DNA of 64,000 nt from an uncultured Gemmatimonadales bacterium (GCA_963716255.1 OY970303.1:7552001-7616000), one strand, 5' to 3'. Positions 29,491-41,762 are shown, numbered from the stretch's first letter. Notes: generated from the sequence alone by a model not told the origin. Translations and numbers: made by a program.

Positions 29491-30237
29491 ATGGCCGGGC
29501 ATAGCAAGTGGAAGCAGATCAAGCACAAGAAGGCGCTCACCGACAGCCGGCGCGCCGCCAACTGGACCAAGATCATCCGTGAGATCACGGTGGCGGCCAG
29601 GGCGGGCGGCGGCGATCCGGCGGGGAACCCGCGCCTGCGCCTGGCCATGGACACGGCCCGCGCCGCGAACATGCCCAACGAGAACATCGACCGCGCCATC
29701 AAGAAGGGCACGGGCGAGCTCGAGGGGGTGAACTACGAGGAGATCACGTACGAGGCGTACGGCCCGGCCGGCGTCGCCATCATGATCGAGTCGCTCACCG
29801 ACAACGGCAACCGCACCGTCGCCGACATCCGCCGCTGGCTGTCGCGCAACGGCGGCAACCTGGGCGCCACCGGCTCGGTGGCCTGGATGTTCGACCGCCG
29901 CGGCCAGATCGCCATTGATGGGGAGAAGCACGACGAGGAGCAGGTGATGGAGGCCGCGCTGGAGGCCGGCGCCCTGGACGTGGAGAGCGAGGAGGGCGGC
30001 TACACGGTGCTCACCGAGGTCGCCGACTTCGCCGCCGTGCAGGACGCGCTCCGCGCCAAGGGGATCGAGTGGGAGGAGGCCGAGCTGGCCATGATCCCCA
30101 AGACCGAGGTGCGCGTGGAGGGCGGCAACGCCACGATGCTGGTGAAGCTGATCGACCTGCTGGAGGAGCTGGACGACGTCCAGAAGGTCTACACCAACGC
30201 CGACATCGACGAGGACTCGCTGGCCTCCGTCTCCTGA
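29491..30237 (+). CDS. yebC: YebC/PmpR family protein
   Basis: MAGHSKWKQIKHKK, NPRLR, YEAYGPAG, TDNGNRT and DDVQKVYTN. Confidence 0.96.
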   Translation: MAGHSKWKQIKHKKALTDSRRAANWTKIIREITVAARAGGGDPAGNPRLRLAMDTARAANMPNENIDRAIKKGTGELEGVNYEEITYEAYGPAGVAIMIESLTDNGNRTVADIRRWLSRNGGNLGATGSVAWMFDRRGQIAIDGEKHDEEQVMEAALEAGALDVESEEGGYTVLTEVADFAAVQDALRAKGIEWEEAELAMIPKTEVRVEGGNATMLVKLIDLLEELDDVQKVYTNADIDEDSLASVS

Positions 30238-30322
30238 CGGAGCACAGCGCCGGCCCCGACGAACCCCTCCCCCGGCCCCTCCCCGCAAGCGGGAGGGGAG
30301 AACGGCAAACGGCGGCGCCCCG

Positions 30323-30471
30323 CGGACGCGAGCGCGAAGTCGCGTGAGGGATGCGCGCCCGGAGGGCCGAGACCCGGCGGCAGTTTGCCGGGGCTCGGCT
30401 GAGTTGGGCAGCGTTGTTTGCTGCCCTACTCAGCGCGCAGCCCGACCCCGGCGTCAGCCGGGGGCACGCCC
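30323..30471 (+). repeat. Repeat family A, copy 7 (divergent, compensatory), preceded by a B hairpin at 30264-30300
   Basis: Stems changed to tgcgcg/cgcgca and ctgagt/actcag with pairing preserved. Confidence 0.9.
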
Positions 30472-30584
30472 AAGCCCGCTTTTTTCTTTTCAAACGCGCC
30501 CCCACTCCCACCCATCAACGGATGGTACTCGCCGCCGACGCCCCGGCCTCCGGCACCCGCTCCACGCAGAACCCCGCGCGCGAC

Positions 30585-31124
30585 GTGATCGTGCTGGGGG
30601 TGGATCCCGGTACGGCAATCACCGGCTACGGCGTGGTCGCCCGGGACCGGGCGGGCACGGTGACGCTGCGCGAGTGCGGCGTCATCCGCACGGCGGCGCG
30701 CGCCACCCTCCCCGAGCGGCTGCGCGACATCTACGAGGGGATCGTGGAGGTGATGGAGCGCCACGTCCCGGACGCGGTCGCGGTGGAGGGCGTGTTCTAC
30801 GGCAAGAACCCGCGCACGGCGGTGGTGCTGGGGCACGCGCGCGGCGCCATACTGCTGGCGGCGGCGCTGCGGCGGCTGGACGTGGCCGAGTACCCGCCCG
30901 CCGAGGTCAAGAGCGCGGTGGTGGGGACCGGTCGCGCCACCAAGGACCAGGTGGGCTTCATGGTGGCAAAGCTGCTCAAGCTGCGCGAGGCGCCCAAGCC
31001 GGCGGACGCGGCGGACGGCGTGGCGGTGGCGCTCTGCCACTGCTTCCGGGGGGTGGGCGCGGCCGCGAAGCCGCCCATGCGCTTCTCGCTGCGCATGCTC
31101 GCCGAGGCCAAGGGGGCGCTGTGA
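30585..31124 (+). CDS. ruvC: Holliday junction resolvase
   Basis: VLGVDPG, AVEGVF, LGHARG, GRATKDQV and DAADGVAVALCH. Start could be ATG 30522. Confidence 0.95.
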   Translation: MIVLGVDPGTAITGYGVVARDRAGTVTLRECGVIRTAARATLPERLRDIYEGIVEVMERHVPDAVAVEGVFYGKNPRTAVVLGHARGAILLAAALRRLDVAEYPPAEVKSAVVGTGRATKDQVGFMVAKLLKLREAPKPADAADGVAVALCHCFRGVGAAAKPPMRFSLRMLAEAKGAL

Positions 31125-31708
31125 TCTCGCGCATCCGCGGCACCCTGCTGGTCCGGGAGCTCAACCGCGCGGAGGTGATGACCCCCGGCGGCGTCGCCTA
31201 CGAGATGGAGATCCCCACCACCGTCTACGAGCGCCTCCCGCGCCCCGGCGAGGAGGTGGAGCTGCGCACGATGCTGGTGATCCGCGAGGACGCGCAGCTG
31301 CTCTTCGGGTTCCTGGAGGACACAGAGCGCGCGCTCTTCACCCGGCTGATCGGCGCCACCGGCGTGGGGCCCAAGCTGGCCATATCGCTGCTCTCCGCGC
31401 TCCCCGGCGCGGCGCTGGTGCGCGCCATCCGCGACCGCAACCTGGCCGTGCTCACCGGGGTGAGCGGGGTGGGGAAGAAGACCGCAGAGCGCCTGTCCGT
31501 GGAGCTGGCGGGAAAGCTGGACGACCTGGCCTTCGCCTCGTCCGGGCTGGCGCAGCAGGCCCCGGGGGTGGAGGAGGCGCTGCGCGCGCTGGTGGTGCTG
31601 GGGATGAACGCGCTGGAGGCGGAGAACGCCGTGCGCGCGGTGATCCAGGACCGCGGCCCGCTCCCCGCGCAGGAGCTGATCCGCGCCGCCCTGGCCCGTC
31701 CCCGCTAG
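31121..31708 (+). CDS. ruvA: Holliday junction branch-migration protein
   Basis: MISRIRG, GVAYE, REDAQLLFGF, GVGPK and GVGKKTAER. Confidence 0.95.
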   Translation: MISRIRGTLLVRELNRAEVMTPGGVAYEMEIPTTVYERLPRPGEEVELRTMLVIREDAQLLFGFLEDTERALFTRLIGATGVGPKLAISLLSALPGAALVRAIRDRNLAVLTGVSGVGKKTAERLSVELAGKLDDLAFASSGLAQQAPGVEEALRALVVLGMNALEAENAVRAVIQDRGPLPAQELIRAALARPR

Positions 31709-31814
31709 CTTTTTCCGCCGTGCCGGGGCCTCCCCGGCGGCGGACCGGTTTTCCGGTGCCGGTGTATCAGCCGCGTCCGAAGAAAACCCGTAGACACCCG
31801 GAGCGGCCCCCGTC

Positions 31815-32879
31815 ATGTCCAAGCCCCAGCGGTCCGAGATCACCACGCCCGAAGCGCTCTCCACCGAGGAGGAGGGCACCGAGCTGAGCCTGCGCCCCCA
31901 GCGGCTCGCGGAGTTCATCGGCCAGCCAAAGGTCAAGGAATCCCTCAAGATCGCGGTGGACGCCGCGGTGAGCCGGCGGGAGCCGCTGGACCACGTCCTC
32001 CTCTTCGGCCCTCCGGGGCTGGGGAAGACCACGCTGGCCATGCTGCTGGCGCGCGAGATGGGGGTGAGCATCAAGATCACCTCCGGCCCGGTGCTGGAAA
32101 AGCCCAGCGACCTGGTGAGGGAGCTCACCTCGCTGAACCAGGGCGACATCCTGTTCATCGACGAGATCCACCGGCTGCGCCCCATCATCGAGGAGTTCCT
32201 GTACCCGGCGATGGAGGACTGCCGCATCGACGTGCGCCTGTCCGACGGGCCGCACGCGCAGATGATCTCCATGCCGGTGGAGCGCTTCACCCTGATCGGC
32301 GCCACCACGCGCTACGGGCTGCTCACCCCGCCCATGCGGGCCCGCTTCGGCATCATCCAGCGCCTGCACTACTACCCGGTTGACCAGCTGGCCTTCATCG
32401 TCGCCCGCACCGCCGACGTGCTGGGGGTCAAGTGCACCGTGGAGGGTGCGGACGAGATCGCCAAGCGCTCGCGCGGCACCCCCCGCGTGGCCAACCGGCT
32501 GATGCGCCGCGTGCGCGACTACGCCGAGGTGCGCGCCGACGGCGTCATCACCACCGAGGTGGCCGACGCCGCCCTGCAGATGCTGGACGTGGACGAGTAC
32601 GGGCTGGACGAGATGGACACCCGCATCCTCCGCTCGCTGATCGAGCAGTTCGACGGCGGGCCCGTGGGGCTCAACACCCTGGCGGTCGCCATCGGCGAGG
32701 ACTCGGGGACGCTGGAGGAGGTGTACGAGCCCTTCCTGATCCAGAACGGCTTCCTCATGCGCACCCCGCGCGGACGCGTGGCGACCGCGCTGGCGTACCG
32801 CCGCTTCGGCTACGCCCCGCCCATCGGGGCGGAGCACGCGGGCGAGAAGGGACCGCAGGCCAGCCTGTTCGAGGCGTGA
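31815..32879 (+). CDS. ruvB: Holliday junction helicase
   Basis: [34 protein letters not shown] and SRGTPR. Confidence 0.97.
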   Translation: MSKPQRSEITTPEALSTEEEGTELSLRPQRLAEFIGQPKVKESLKIAVDAAVSRREPLDHVLLFGPPGLGKTTLAMLLAREMGVSIKITSGPVLEKPSDLVRELTSLNQGDILFIDEIHRLRPIIEEFLYPAMEDCRIDVRLSDGPHAQMISMPVERFTLIGATTRYGLLTPPMRARFGIIQRLHYYPVDQLAFIVARTADVLGVKCTVEGADEIAKRSRGTPRVANRLMRRVRDYAEVRADGVITTEVADAALQMLDVDEYGLDEMDTRILRSLIEQFDGGPVGLNTLAVAIGEDSGTLEEVYEPFLIQNGFLMRTPRGRVATALAYRRFGYAPPIGAEHAGEKGPQASLFEA

Positions 32880-33922
32880 GCGAGCCGCCGCTGCGCACCT
32901 CCGACTTCGACTTCCACCTCCCGCCGGAGCAGGTCGCGCAGCTCCCCGCCGAGCGGCGCGACCGGAGCCGCCTGCTGGTGCTGGACCGCGCCTCCGGCGG
33001 GACCCGCCACCTGCACTTCGCCGACCTGGCGGAGCTGGTGCCGCCGGGGGACGCGCTGGTCCTCAACGAGACCCGCGTCTTTCCCGCGCGCCTGCTGGGC
33101 ACGCGCGCGGGCGGCGCCCCGGCGGAGGTGTTCCTGCTGCATCCCGCGGGCGAGGACCCGCACCTGTGGACCGCCCTGGTCCGCCCCGGCGCGAAGCTCA
33201 AGCCCGGCCGCCGGGTGGAGGTGGGCCCCGAGCTGGAGGTGGAGGTGGTGGAGTCCACCCCCTCCGGCGAGCGCGTCGTCCGCCTGCACACCCCCCTCTC
33301 TCCCGACGAGGCGCTGGAGCGCTACGGGCACGTCCCGCTCCCCCCGTACGTGCAGCGTGCCGACGGCGCGAGCGACCGAGAGCGCTACCAGACGGTGTAC
33401 GCCCGCGAGCGCGGCTCCGTCGCCGCGCCCACCGCCGGCCTGCACTTCACCCCGGAGCTCCTGGCGCGGCTGGAGGCGCGCGGCGTGCGCATCGTGCGGC
33501 TGGTGCTCCACGTGGGGCTGGGGACCTTCCGCCCGGTGGAGGCGGAGGACCCGGCGGAGCACACCATGCACTCCGAGTGGTACCGCGTCCCGCCCGAGTC
33601 CGCCGCGGCCGTCAACGACACGCGCGCGGCGGGGGGAAAAGTGTGGGCGGTGGGGACCACCAGCGTGCGCACCCTGGAAAGCACCGCGGACGAGGCGGGC
33701 ACGGTGCACCCCGGCGAGGGGTGGACGAGCATCTTCATCCGCCCCGGGTACCGCTTCCGCGCCGTGGACCGGCTGGTGACCAACTTCCACCTGCCGCGGT
33801 CCACCCTGCTGATGCTGGTCTCCGCCTTCGGCGGGCACGAGCCGGTGATGCGGGCGTACCGCGAGGCGGTGGAGCGCGGCTACCGCTTCTTCTCCTACGG
33901 CGACGCCATGCTGCTGGTGTAG
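32876..33922 (+). CDS. queA: S-adenosylmethionine:tRNA ribosyltransferase-isomerase
   Basis: [38 protein letters not shown] and FFSYGDAM. Confidence 0.97.
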   Translation: MSEPPLRTSDFDFHLPPEQVAQLPAERRDRSRLLVLDRASGGTRHLHFADLAELVPPGDALVLNETRVFPARLLGTRAGGAPAEVFLLHPAGEDPHLWTALVRPGAKLKPGRRVEVGPELEVEVVESTPSGERVVRLHTPLSPDEALERYGHVPLPPYVQRADGASDRERYQTVYARERGSVAAPTAGLHFTPELLARLEARGVRIVRLVLHVGLGTFRPVEAEDPAEHTMHSEWYRVPPESAAAVNDTRAAGGKVWAVGTTSVRTLESTADEAGTVHPGEGWTSIFIRPGYRFRAVDRLVTNFHLPRSTLLMLVSAFGGHEPVMRAYREAVERGYRFFSYGDAMLLV

Positions 33923-34010
33923 CCCTCGCGCCCGGGATCCCCCCACCCGTTCGACCTCTCCGCATTCACCCGGGCAACTCCAAACAAAGATACCGTTGCA
34001 GTGGAGAGCT

Positions 34011-34736
34011 ATGGCGCAGAGAGACGCAGTGAGCGAATACGTGTCGGCCGCGCTGGACCAGCTGCGTCGGCGCGGACTGATGAAGCTTCCCCTCAGCGAC
34101 ATGCCCGCGGAGATGCGGGACGACACGATCCCGCCCGCAAACGACTGGATCGGATGGAAGCCGGTTCCCAGCACGGTGACCGAGGAGCAGCTCGACGGGC
34201 TGGAACACTGGATCGGCCTGGCGTTCCCGCCGCCCTACCGCAGGTTTCTCCGGACGTGCCATTTCTACGAACTGACGGAGGTCGGCGTGCGCTTCGCCCG
34301 CCACCTTCCGGGCAGCTGGCGGGCGGAGCTCGTGCACCTGTACGAAGAAGTCTGGTGGCCGGAACGGATTCTCGGCGAGGGGCTGATCCCTTTCGGCGAC
34401 GAGTCCCTGGGTGACGCGGGCCTGGTCTGCTTCGACACGCGCAGCCGGCGGGCCGACGGCGACTGCCCGGTCGTCATCTGGGACCACGATTGGATGGACA
34501 CGGACCGGGAAGTCCAGCCGATGTTCTCCTCGTCCGCCCGGATGTTCGAGTGCCTGGCCGTCGCCGCGCGCTCCAACATCTCTTTCTGGTACCACGACCC
34601 CGCCGTCGATAGCGCGGACGACCTGCCCGAAAAGCAGCGGGTGATGCGGGATTTCCTGTCCCGCGATCCCGACGGCGCGGGTGGGCCGGCCCGAGGGTAC
34701 TGGACGGCGATGGTTTCCCCACCCGAAGGCGGCTGA
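34011..34736 (+). CDS. SMI1/KNR4 (SUKH)-like protein
   Basis: LDGLEHWIGLAFPPPYRRFL, LIPFGD, VCFD and PVVIWDHD; codon usage less GC3-biased than neighbours. Confidence 0.7.
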   Translation: MAQRDAVSEYVSAALDQLRRRGLMKLPLSDMPAEMRDDTIPPANDWIGWKPVPSTVTEEQLDGLEHWIGLAFPPPYRRFLRTCHFYELTEVGVRFARHLPGSWRAELVHLYEEVWWPERILGEGLIPFGDESLGDAGLVCFDTRSRRADGDCPVVIWDHDWMDTDREVQPMFSSSARMFECLAVAARSNISFWYHDPAVDSADDLPEKQRVMRDFLSRDPDGAGGPARGYWTAMVSPPEGG

Positions 34737-34830
34737 GCGGTCGGCAGGACGCTGTGAAGGGCTGGCCGGCCCGAACCGGTCCTCCCACGCGTCTTGCCGG
34801 ACCGTCCGCTCTGTGCTCTTTTCCCTCCCC

Positions 34831-36339
34831 ATGTCACAGCCTCCCCCTCCCATGCACTCCTCCGCACCCGCCGGGGACGAGCTTCCGTTCGGCGACGTGC
34901 AGGCGGTGCTCGACACCCTGCACGAGCCCTTTTTGGTCCTGGACGCCGGGCACCGCGTGCTGGCGGCCGGCGCCGCCTTTCCCGCCGCCTTCGGCCTGCC
35001 CGCGGACGCCGTGGTGGGGCGCTCGCTGTTCGCGCTGGGCGGCGGCGACTGGGAGATCGCGCCGCTCCGCGTGCTCCTGGAAACGCTGGCCCGCGAGCGC
35101 GAGCGGGTGGACGGGTACGAGGTGGAGCACGCCTTCCGCGAGCTGGGACGGCGGACGCTGAGCTTCAACGTCTGCCCGGTGCGGCGGGGGGAGGGCGGCG
35201 TCCACGCCTACCTCCTCGCCGTCCGCGACGTGACCGGCGCCCGCGGCGGGAGCCCCGGCGGAGCCCCCGCCGCCGGGGCGGGCGCGCGCATCGTCACCGA
35301 CGAGTCCAGCGACCTGGTGCTGCTGCACGGCGGCGAGGGCGTGCTCCGCTACGCCAGCGAATCCGCCGCGCGCATCCTGGGCTACACCCCCGAGGAGCTG
35401 GTGGAGGTGGGGACCGAGGCGCTCCTCCACCCGGACGACGCCGAGGAGTACCGCCGCTTCTTCAGCGGCGCCCGCGAGGGCGGCGTCTCGCAGGGGCTCG
35501 CCTACCGGGTGCGGCGCAAGTCCGGCGACTACATCTGGCTGGGGTGCACCGCGCGCCCGGTGCGCGACCACGCCGGCGCCATCGTTCAGGTGCAGCTGGT
35601 GGGGCGCGACGTCACCCAGCGCAAGCGCACCGAGGAGGCGCTGCACTGGCTCAGCCGACAGGTGCGCCTGATCCTCAACTCCGCCGGGGAGGGGATCTTC
35701 GGGCTGGAGCTGGACGGCAGCATCAGCTTCGTGAACCCGGTGGCCGCGCGCACCCTGGGGTACCCGGAGAACGAGCTGATCGGCCAGCCGCACCACGCCC
35801 TGTTCCACTACTGCCGCGAGGACGGCAGCGACCTCCCCGCCGAGGAGTGCGCCATCCACGCCACGCTGCGCGACGGCGCCACGCGCGAGGTGACCGAGGA
35901 CGTGTTCTGCCGCCGGGACGGCAGCAGCTTCCCCACCGACTACACGGCCACCGCCGCGGTGGAGGGCGGGCGCATCGTGGGCGCGGTGGTCACCTTCCGC
36001 GACGTCACCGCCCGCCGCGAGGCCGAGGCCAACCTGCGGCGCGCCGAGTGGCTGGCCGGCATCGGCCAGACGACGCTCGCCATCCGCCACGAGATCAACA
36101 ACCCGCTCACCTCCATGCTCGCCGACGCCGCCATGTTGGAGATGGAGGGCAACTCGCCGGAGGAGGAGCGCGAGATGATCGACTCCATCGTCCGGCAGGC
36201 GCGCCGCATCCGCGACGTCGTCCATCGGCTGGCCGAGCGCAAGGACTCGCCGTCGCTGCGCCAGGTGGGGTCGTCGCGCATGATCGATCTTTCCGGCCCG
36301 CAGGACGGGATGGACGAGACGGACGGGACGGACGGCTGA
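34831..36339 (+). CDS. Multi-PAS protein with a HisKA domain but no HATPase domain
   Basis: Three PAS-like repeats (ILGYTPEEL/LHPDD, VNPVAARTLGY), RHEINNPL, then a stop about 80 aa later with no N/G boxes. Confidence 0.8.
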   Translation: MSQPPPPMHSSAPAGDELPFGDVQAVLDTLHEPFLVLDAGHRVLAAGAAFPAAFGLPADAVVGRSLFALGGGDWEIAPLRVLLETLARERERVDGYEVEHAFRELGRRTLSFNVCPVRRGEGGVHAYLLAVRDVTGARGGSPGGAPAAGAGARIVTDESSDLVLLHGGEGVLRYASESAARILGYTPEELVEVGTEALLHPDDAEEYRRFFSGAREGGVSQGLAYRVRRKSGDYIWLGCTARPVRDHAGAIVQVQLVGRDVTQRKRTEEALHWLSRQVRLILNSAGEGIFGLELDGSISFVNPVAARTLGYPENELIGQPHHALFHYCREDGSDLPAEECAIHATLRDGATREVTEDVFCRRDGSSFPTDYTATAAVEGGRIVGAVVTFRDVTARREAEANLRRAEWLAGIGQTTLAIRHEINNPLTSMLADAAMLEMEGNSPEEEREMIDSIVRQARRIRDVVHRLAERKDSPSLRQVGSSRMIDLSGPQDGMDETDGTDG

Positions 36340-36360
36340 ACGGCTTTTAACGGCGGGTTC

Positions 36361-36508
36361 GGGCGTGCCCCCGGCTGGCGCCGGGGTCGGGCTTCGGCTC
36401 CGTAGAGCAGCAAACAACGCTGCTCAACGAAGTCGAGCCCGCGCAAACAGCCGCGCGGTCTCGCCCCTTCGGGCCGAAATCCCTCACGCGGCATCGCGCT
36501 GGCGTCCG
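36361..36508 (-). repeat. Repeat family A, copy 8
   Basis: Reverse complement of the consensus; stem gagcagc/gctgctc. Confidence 0.93.
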
Positions 36509-36622
36509 CTGGGCGCCCCCACCCGGCTCGCTCAGGCTCGACACCCTCCCCCTTCATCCGGTTCACGCGAAGCGTGAAGCGCATTCCGGGGGAGGGTTTT
36601 CTGTCGTTCCGAGATCTGCGCA

Positions 36623-38108
<1,486 letters not shown>

Positions 38109-38141
38109 CGCGCACACACTTCCAGAACGGATACGCAAACG

Positions 38142-38465
38142 ATGGCTTCCATCGCGCTTCTCCAGGCATTCGGCGACGCTTCCGGCACCATGCTGCTGGT
38201 GCTGCAGATCGCCCTGTTCGTCGGCATCTTCTACTTCCTGCTCATCCGGCCGCAGCGCGCCGAGCAGGCGCGCCACCGCGAGATGGTGGCCTCACTGAAG
38301 CGCGGCGACAAGGTGGCGACCATGGGCGGGCTGGTGGGCGACGTGGTCGCCATCAACGAGGACGTGCTCACCCTCAAGACCGGCACCGCGCAGGTGGTGG
38401 TGGAGCGCGCCAAGATCGCCCGCCGCATGGGCGACGCCCCCGCCGCCGGCGCCGCGGAGAAGTAG
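38142..38465 (+). CDS. yajC: Preprotein translocase subunit YajC
   Basis: FYFLLIRPQ and LKRGDKVATMGG; follows tgt. Confidence 0.95.
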   Translation: MASIALLQAFGDASGTMLLVLQIALFVGIFYFLLIRPQRAEQARHREMVASLKRGDKVATMGGLVGDVVAINEDVLTLKTGTAQVVVERAKIARRMGDAPAAGAAEK

Positions 38466-38469
38466 ACCG

Positions 38470-38964
38470 ATGTCGCTGTTGAACATCGAGATGCTGGGCT
38501 CCGAGGTGCTGCGCACCCCCGCCGAGGAGGTGGCCGAGGTAGACGACGAGCTCCGCCGGCTCATCGGCGACATGTTCGAGACCATGTACCGGGCCGAGGG
38601 CGTGGGGCTGGCGGCGCCGCAGGTGGGGATCTCCCGCCGCGTCATCGTGGTGGACGTGCACGACGACGAGGTGAAGCCCTTCGCGCTGGTCAACCCGCGC
38701 CTGGTGGAGTCCAGTAAGGAAACGGAAAAGGGCGAGGAGGGGTGCCTGAGCATCCCCGGCCTGGCGGCGGCGGTGGAGCGGGCCGCCCACGTGGTGGTGG
38801 AGGGGCTGGACCGCGACGGCAACCCGCTGCGGGTGGAGGGCGGCGGGCTGCTGGCGCGCTGCCTCCAGCACGAGATCGATCACCTGGACGGCGTCCTGTT
38901 CATCGACCGGGTGGGGCCGCTGAAGCGCAAGATGCTCCTCCAGAAGTGGAAGAAGCGGGGATGA
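38470..38964 (+). CDS. def: Peptide deformylase
   Basis: GVGLAAPQ, EGCLS and QHEIDHLDG. Confidence 0.97.
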   Translation: MSLLNIEMLGSEVLRTPAEEVAEVDDELRRLIGDMFETMYRAEGVGLAAPQVGISRRVIVVDVHDDEVKPFALVNPRLVESSKETEKGEEGCLSIPGLAAAVERAAHVVVEGLDRDGNPLRVEGGGLLARCLQHEIDHLDGVLFIDRVGPLKRKMLLQKWKKRG

Positions 38965-39890
38965 GGGTCCTCTTCTGGGGGACGCCGGACTTCTCCCTCC
39001 CCGCGCTCCGCGCGCTGGGCGAGGAGGGGCACGAGGTGGTGGGCGTGGTGACGCAGCCGGACCGGCCGGCGGGGCGGGGGCGGGGGATCTCCACGTCGGC
39101 GGTGAAGGCGGCGGCGCTGGAGGAGGGGATCCCCGTGCTCCAGCCGGAAAAGGCGCGCGGCCCGGAGTTCCTGGACCGGCTCCGCGCGCTGGAGCCGGAG
39201 GTGTCGGTGGTGGTGGCCTACGGGCAGATCCTGCGCCCCGAGGTGCTGGAGCTGCCGCCGCGCGGCTCCATCAACATCCACGCCTCGCTCCTCCCCGAGC
39301 TGCGCGGCGCGGGGCCCATCCAGTGGGCGGTGATCCGCGGCTTCGAGAACACGGGCGTGACCATCATGCGCATGGAGGCGGGGCTGGACTCCGGCCCCAT
39401 GCTGTTTCGCGTGCAGGAGCCCATCCGCCCGGACGAGTCGGCGTCGGAGCTGGCGGTGCGGCTGTCGGAGATCGGGGCGGAGGCGCTGATCGAGACGCTG
39501 GCGCTGCTGGAGGAGGGGACGCTGGTGGAGGTGCCGCAGCAGCACGAGCTGGCCACCTACGCGCCCAAGCTGGACCGCGACACGGCGCGCCTGGACTGGA
39601 CGCTTTCCGCGCCCGAGGTGGCGCGCTGGATCCGCGGCCTGGACGACGTGCCCGGCGCCTGGACGCCGCAGGGAGAGCGCGGCCCGCTCAAGCTGTTCCG
39701 CCCCGCCGTGGAGGCGGCCTCCGGCGAGCCGGGCACGGTGCTGGACGCCGACCCGCAGTCCGGCATCCTGGTGGCGTGCGGCGAGGACGCGGTGCGCCTC
39801 GCCCAGGTGCAGCCGGCGGGGAAGCGCCGCATGACCGCCGGCGAGTGGGTGCGCGGCCGCGGGATCGCGGCCGGCGACCGGCTTGGCTGA
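38961..39890 (+). CDS. fmt: Methionyl-tRNA formyltransferase
   Basis: FWGTPDF, VVTQPD, VVAYGQIL, NIHASLLP and GLDSG. Confidence 0.96.
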   Translation: MRVLFWGTPDFSLPALRALGEEGHEVVGVVTQPDRPAGRGRGISTSAVKAAALEEGIPVLQPEKARGPEFLDRLRALEPEVSVVVAYGQILRPEVLELPPRGSINIHASLLPELRGAGPIQWAVIRGFENTGVTIMRMEAGLDSGPMLFRVQEPIRPDESASELAVRLSEIGAEALIETLALLEEGTLVEVPQQHELATYAPKLDRDTARLDWTLSAPEVARWIRGLDDVPGAWTPQGERGPLKLFRPAVEAASGEPGTVLDADPQSGILVACGEDAVRLAQVQPAGKRRMTAGEWVRGRGIAAGDRLG

Positions 39891-40521
39891 CCGCCGTCTC
39901 CCCGCGCTCCACGCCGTCACCGACGACGCGGTGCTCGCCCGGCCGGACTTTCCGGCCCTTGCCCGCGCGGTGCTCGCCGCCGGCGGTCCGGACCTCGCGC
40001 TCCACCTGCGGGGGCCGCGCGCGGGCGGACGGGTGCTGTGGGAGCTGGCCGGACCGCTCGCGGGAGCGGCGACCGACAACGGAGCCCTCCTCGTGGTGAA
40101 CGACCGCGTGGACGTGGCGCTCGCCGTGGGCGCCGGCGGGGTGCAGCTCGGACGGCGGTCGATGGCTCCGCTCGACGTCCGGGGACTGGTCGGGCACGGG
40201 GTGCTGATCGGCGCCTCCGTCGGCTCGGCGCGAGAAGCCGCGGACGCGGCGGAGGCAGGCGCCGACTTCGTGCTCGCGGGGAGCGTGTATCCGACGGCGA
40301 CCCACCCGGGGCGCGAGGGGATGGGGACGGTATGGCTGGCGGAGGTCGCGGGGCTGGGGGCGCCGGCGGTGGCGATCGGCGGGATGACGCCGGAGCGGGT
40401 CGCGGAGGCGCGGCGCGCTGGAGCGAGCGGCGTGGCCGCGATCCGCGCGGTGTGGGACGCGGACGACCCCGCGGCGGCGGTGGCGAGGTTCCTGGAGGCA
40501 TGGAAGGATGCTGACAACTGA
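39883..40521 (+). CDS. thiE: Thiamine phosphate synthase / TenI-like protein
   Basis: VVNDRVDVA, GVQLG, TATHPG, AIGG and GVAAIRAV; TTG start. Several canonical ThiE residues are altered, so it could be TenI-like. Confidence 0.75.
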   Translation: MADRRLPALHAVTDDAVLARPDFPALARAVLAAGGPDLALHLRGPRAGGRVLWELAGPLAGAATDNGALLVVNDRVDVALAVGAGGVQLGRRSMAPLDVRGLVGHGVLIGASVGSAREAADAAEAGADFVLAGSVYPTATHPGREGMGTVWLAEVAGLGAPAVAIGGMTPERVAEARRAGASGVAAIRAVWDADDPAAAVARFLEAWKDADN

Positions 40522-40732
40522 CACGACGCAGGTGACGGTCCGTCTGAACGGCGAGCCGCGCGAGGTGCCCCGCGGCCTCTCGGTGGAAACGCTGCTGCTG
40601 CACCTGGACCTCCACCCGCGGCTGGTGGTGGTGGAGCACAACGGCGAGATCCTGCGCCGCGACGCCTACGCCGACGCGCCGGTGCACGACGGCGACGCCC
40701 TGGAGCTGGTGCACTTCGTGGGGGGCGGCTGA
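40508..40732 (+). CDS. thiS: Sulfur carrier protein ThiS
   Basis: [14 protein letters not shown] and C-terminal FVGGG. Confidence 0.93.
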   Translation: MLTTDTTQVTVRLNGEPREVPRGLSVETLLLHLDLHPRLVVVEHNGEILRRDAYADAPVHDGDALELVHFVGGG

Positions 40733-40751
40733 CGGCGCCGACGAAACCGCC

Positions 40752-40914
40752 GTTCGCCGTTCCAGCAGTACCCAAAATATTCTGTTCGGAGGGAGACTCG
40801 CCGGTAGTTTGGCGAGGCTCCCTCCGGCGCAGGGAAACCCGCCGGCCGTTTGGCGGGGTTCCCGGAGCCCGCGGAGGAGACCGGCAGCAGTACCGCCGGG
40901 CTCCGCAGCGGCCC
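40752..40914 (-). repeat. Repeat family C, copy 3
   Basis: Reverse complement with three hairpin units, located between thiS and thiG. Confidence 0.85.
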
Positions 40915-40958
40915 GCCAAGACCAGCCGAAGCACAACGGAATCCGAGAGATAGACACG

Positions 40959-41762
40959 ATGGCGACAGCGGCACCCGAAACGACGGTGTGGGACCAGCCC
41001 CTGGTGATCGCGGGCCGCGAGCTGCGCTCCCGCCTGATGGTGGGCACCGGCAAGTACCGCGACAACGCGCAGATGGTGGATGCCATCGAGGCCTCGGGCG
41101 CGGAGGTGGTCACGGTGGCCGTGCGCCGCGTGGACCTGGACCGCAGCAGGGAGGAGGGCGTCCTCCACCACCTGGACCCGGAAAAGTACCTGCTGCTCCC
41201 CAACACGGCCGGCTGCTACACGGCCGAGGACGCGGTGCGCTACTCGCGCCTGGCCCGCGCCGCCGGCTTCACGGACTGGGTGAAGCTGGAGGTGATCGGC
41301 GACCAGGAAACGCTGCTCCCCGACGCGGAGGCCACGCTGCGCGCCGCGAAGGAGCTGGTCGCGGACGGCTTCAAGGTGCTGGCGTACACCAACGACGACC
41401 TGATCACGGCGCTCCGGCTGGAGGACGCGGGGTGCGCGGCGGTGATGCCGCTGGCCTCGCCCATCGGCAGCGGGCTGGGGCTGGTGAACCCGTACAGCGT
41501 GCGAACCATCAAGCACCGCCTGTCCGTGCCGGTGATCGTGGACGCGGGGGTGGGGACCGCGTCGGACGCGGCGGTCACCATGGAGCAGGGCGTGGACGGC
41601 ATCCTGATGAACACGGCACTCGCGGAGGCGGAGGACCCGGTGCGGATGTCGCGCGCCATGCGGCTGGCGACGGAGGCGGGGCGCCTGGCCTACCTGGCCG
41701 GGCGGATGCCGCGACGCGAGCGGGCGGTGCCGTCCAGCCCGCGCAGGGGAATGCTGGACTAG
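40959..41762 (+). CDS. thiG: Thiazole synthase
   Basis: [33 protein letters not shown] and DAGVG. Confidence 0.97.
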   Translation: MATAAPETTVWDQPLVIAGRELRSRLMVGTGKYRDNAQMVDAIEASGAEVVTVAVRRVDLDRSREEGVLHHLDPEKYLLLPNTAGCYTAEDAVRYSRLARAAGFTDWVKLEVIGDQETLLPDAEATLRAAKELVADGFKVLAYTNDDLITALRLEDAGCAAVMPLASPIGSGLGLVNPYSVRTIKHRLSVPVIVDAGVGTASDAAVTMEQGVDGILMNTALAEAEDPVRMSRAMRLATEAGRLAYLAGRMPRRERAVPSSPRRGMLD

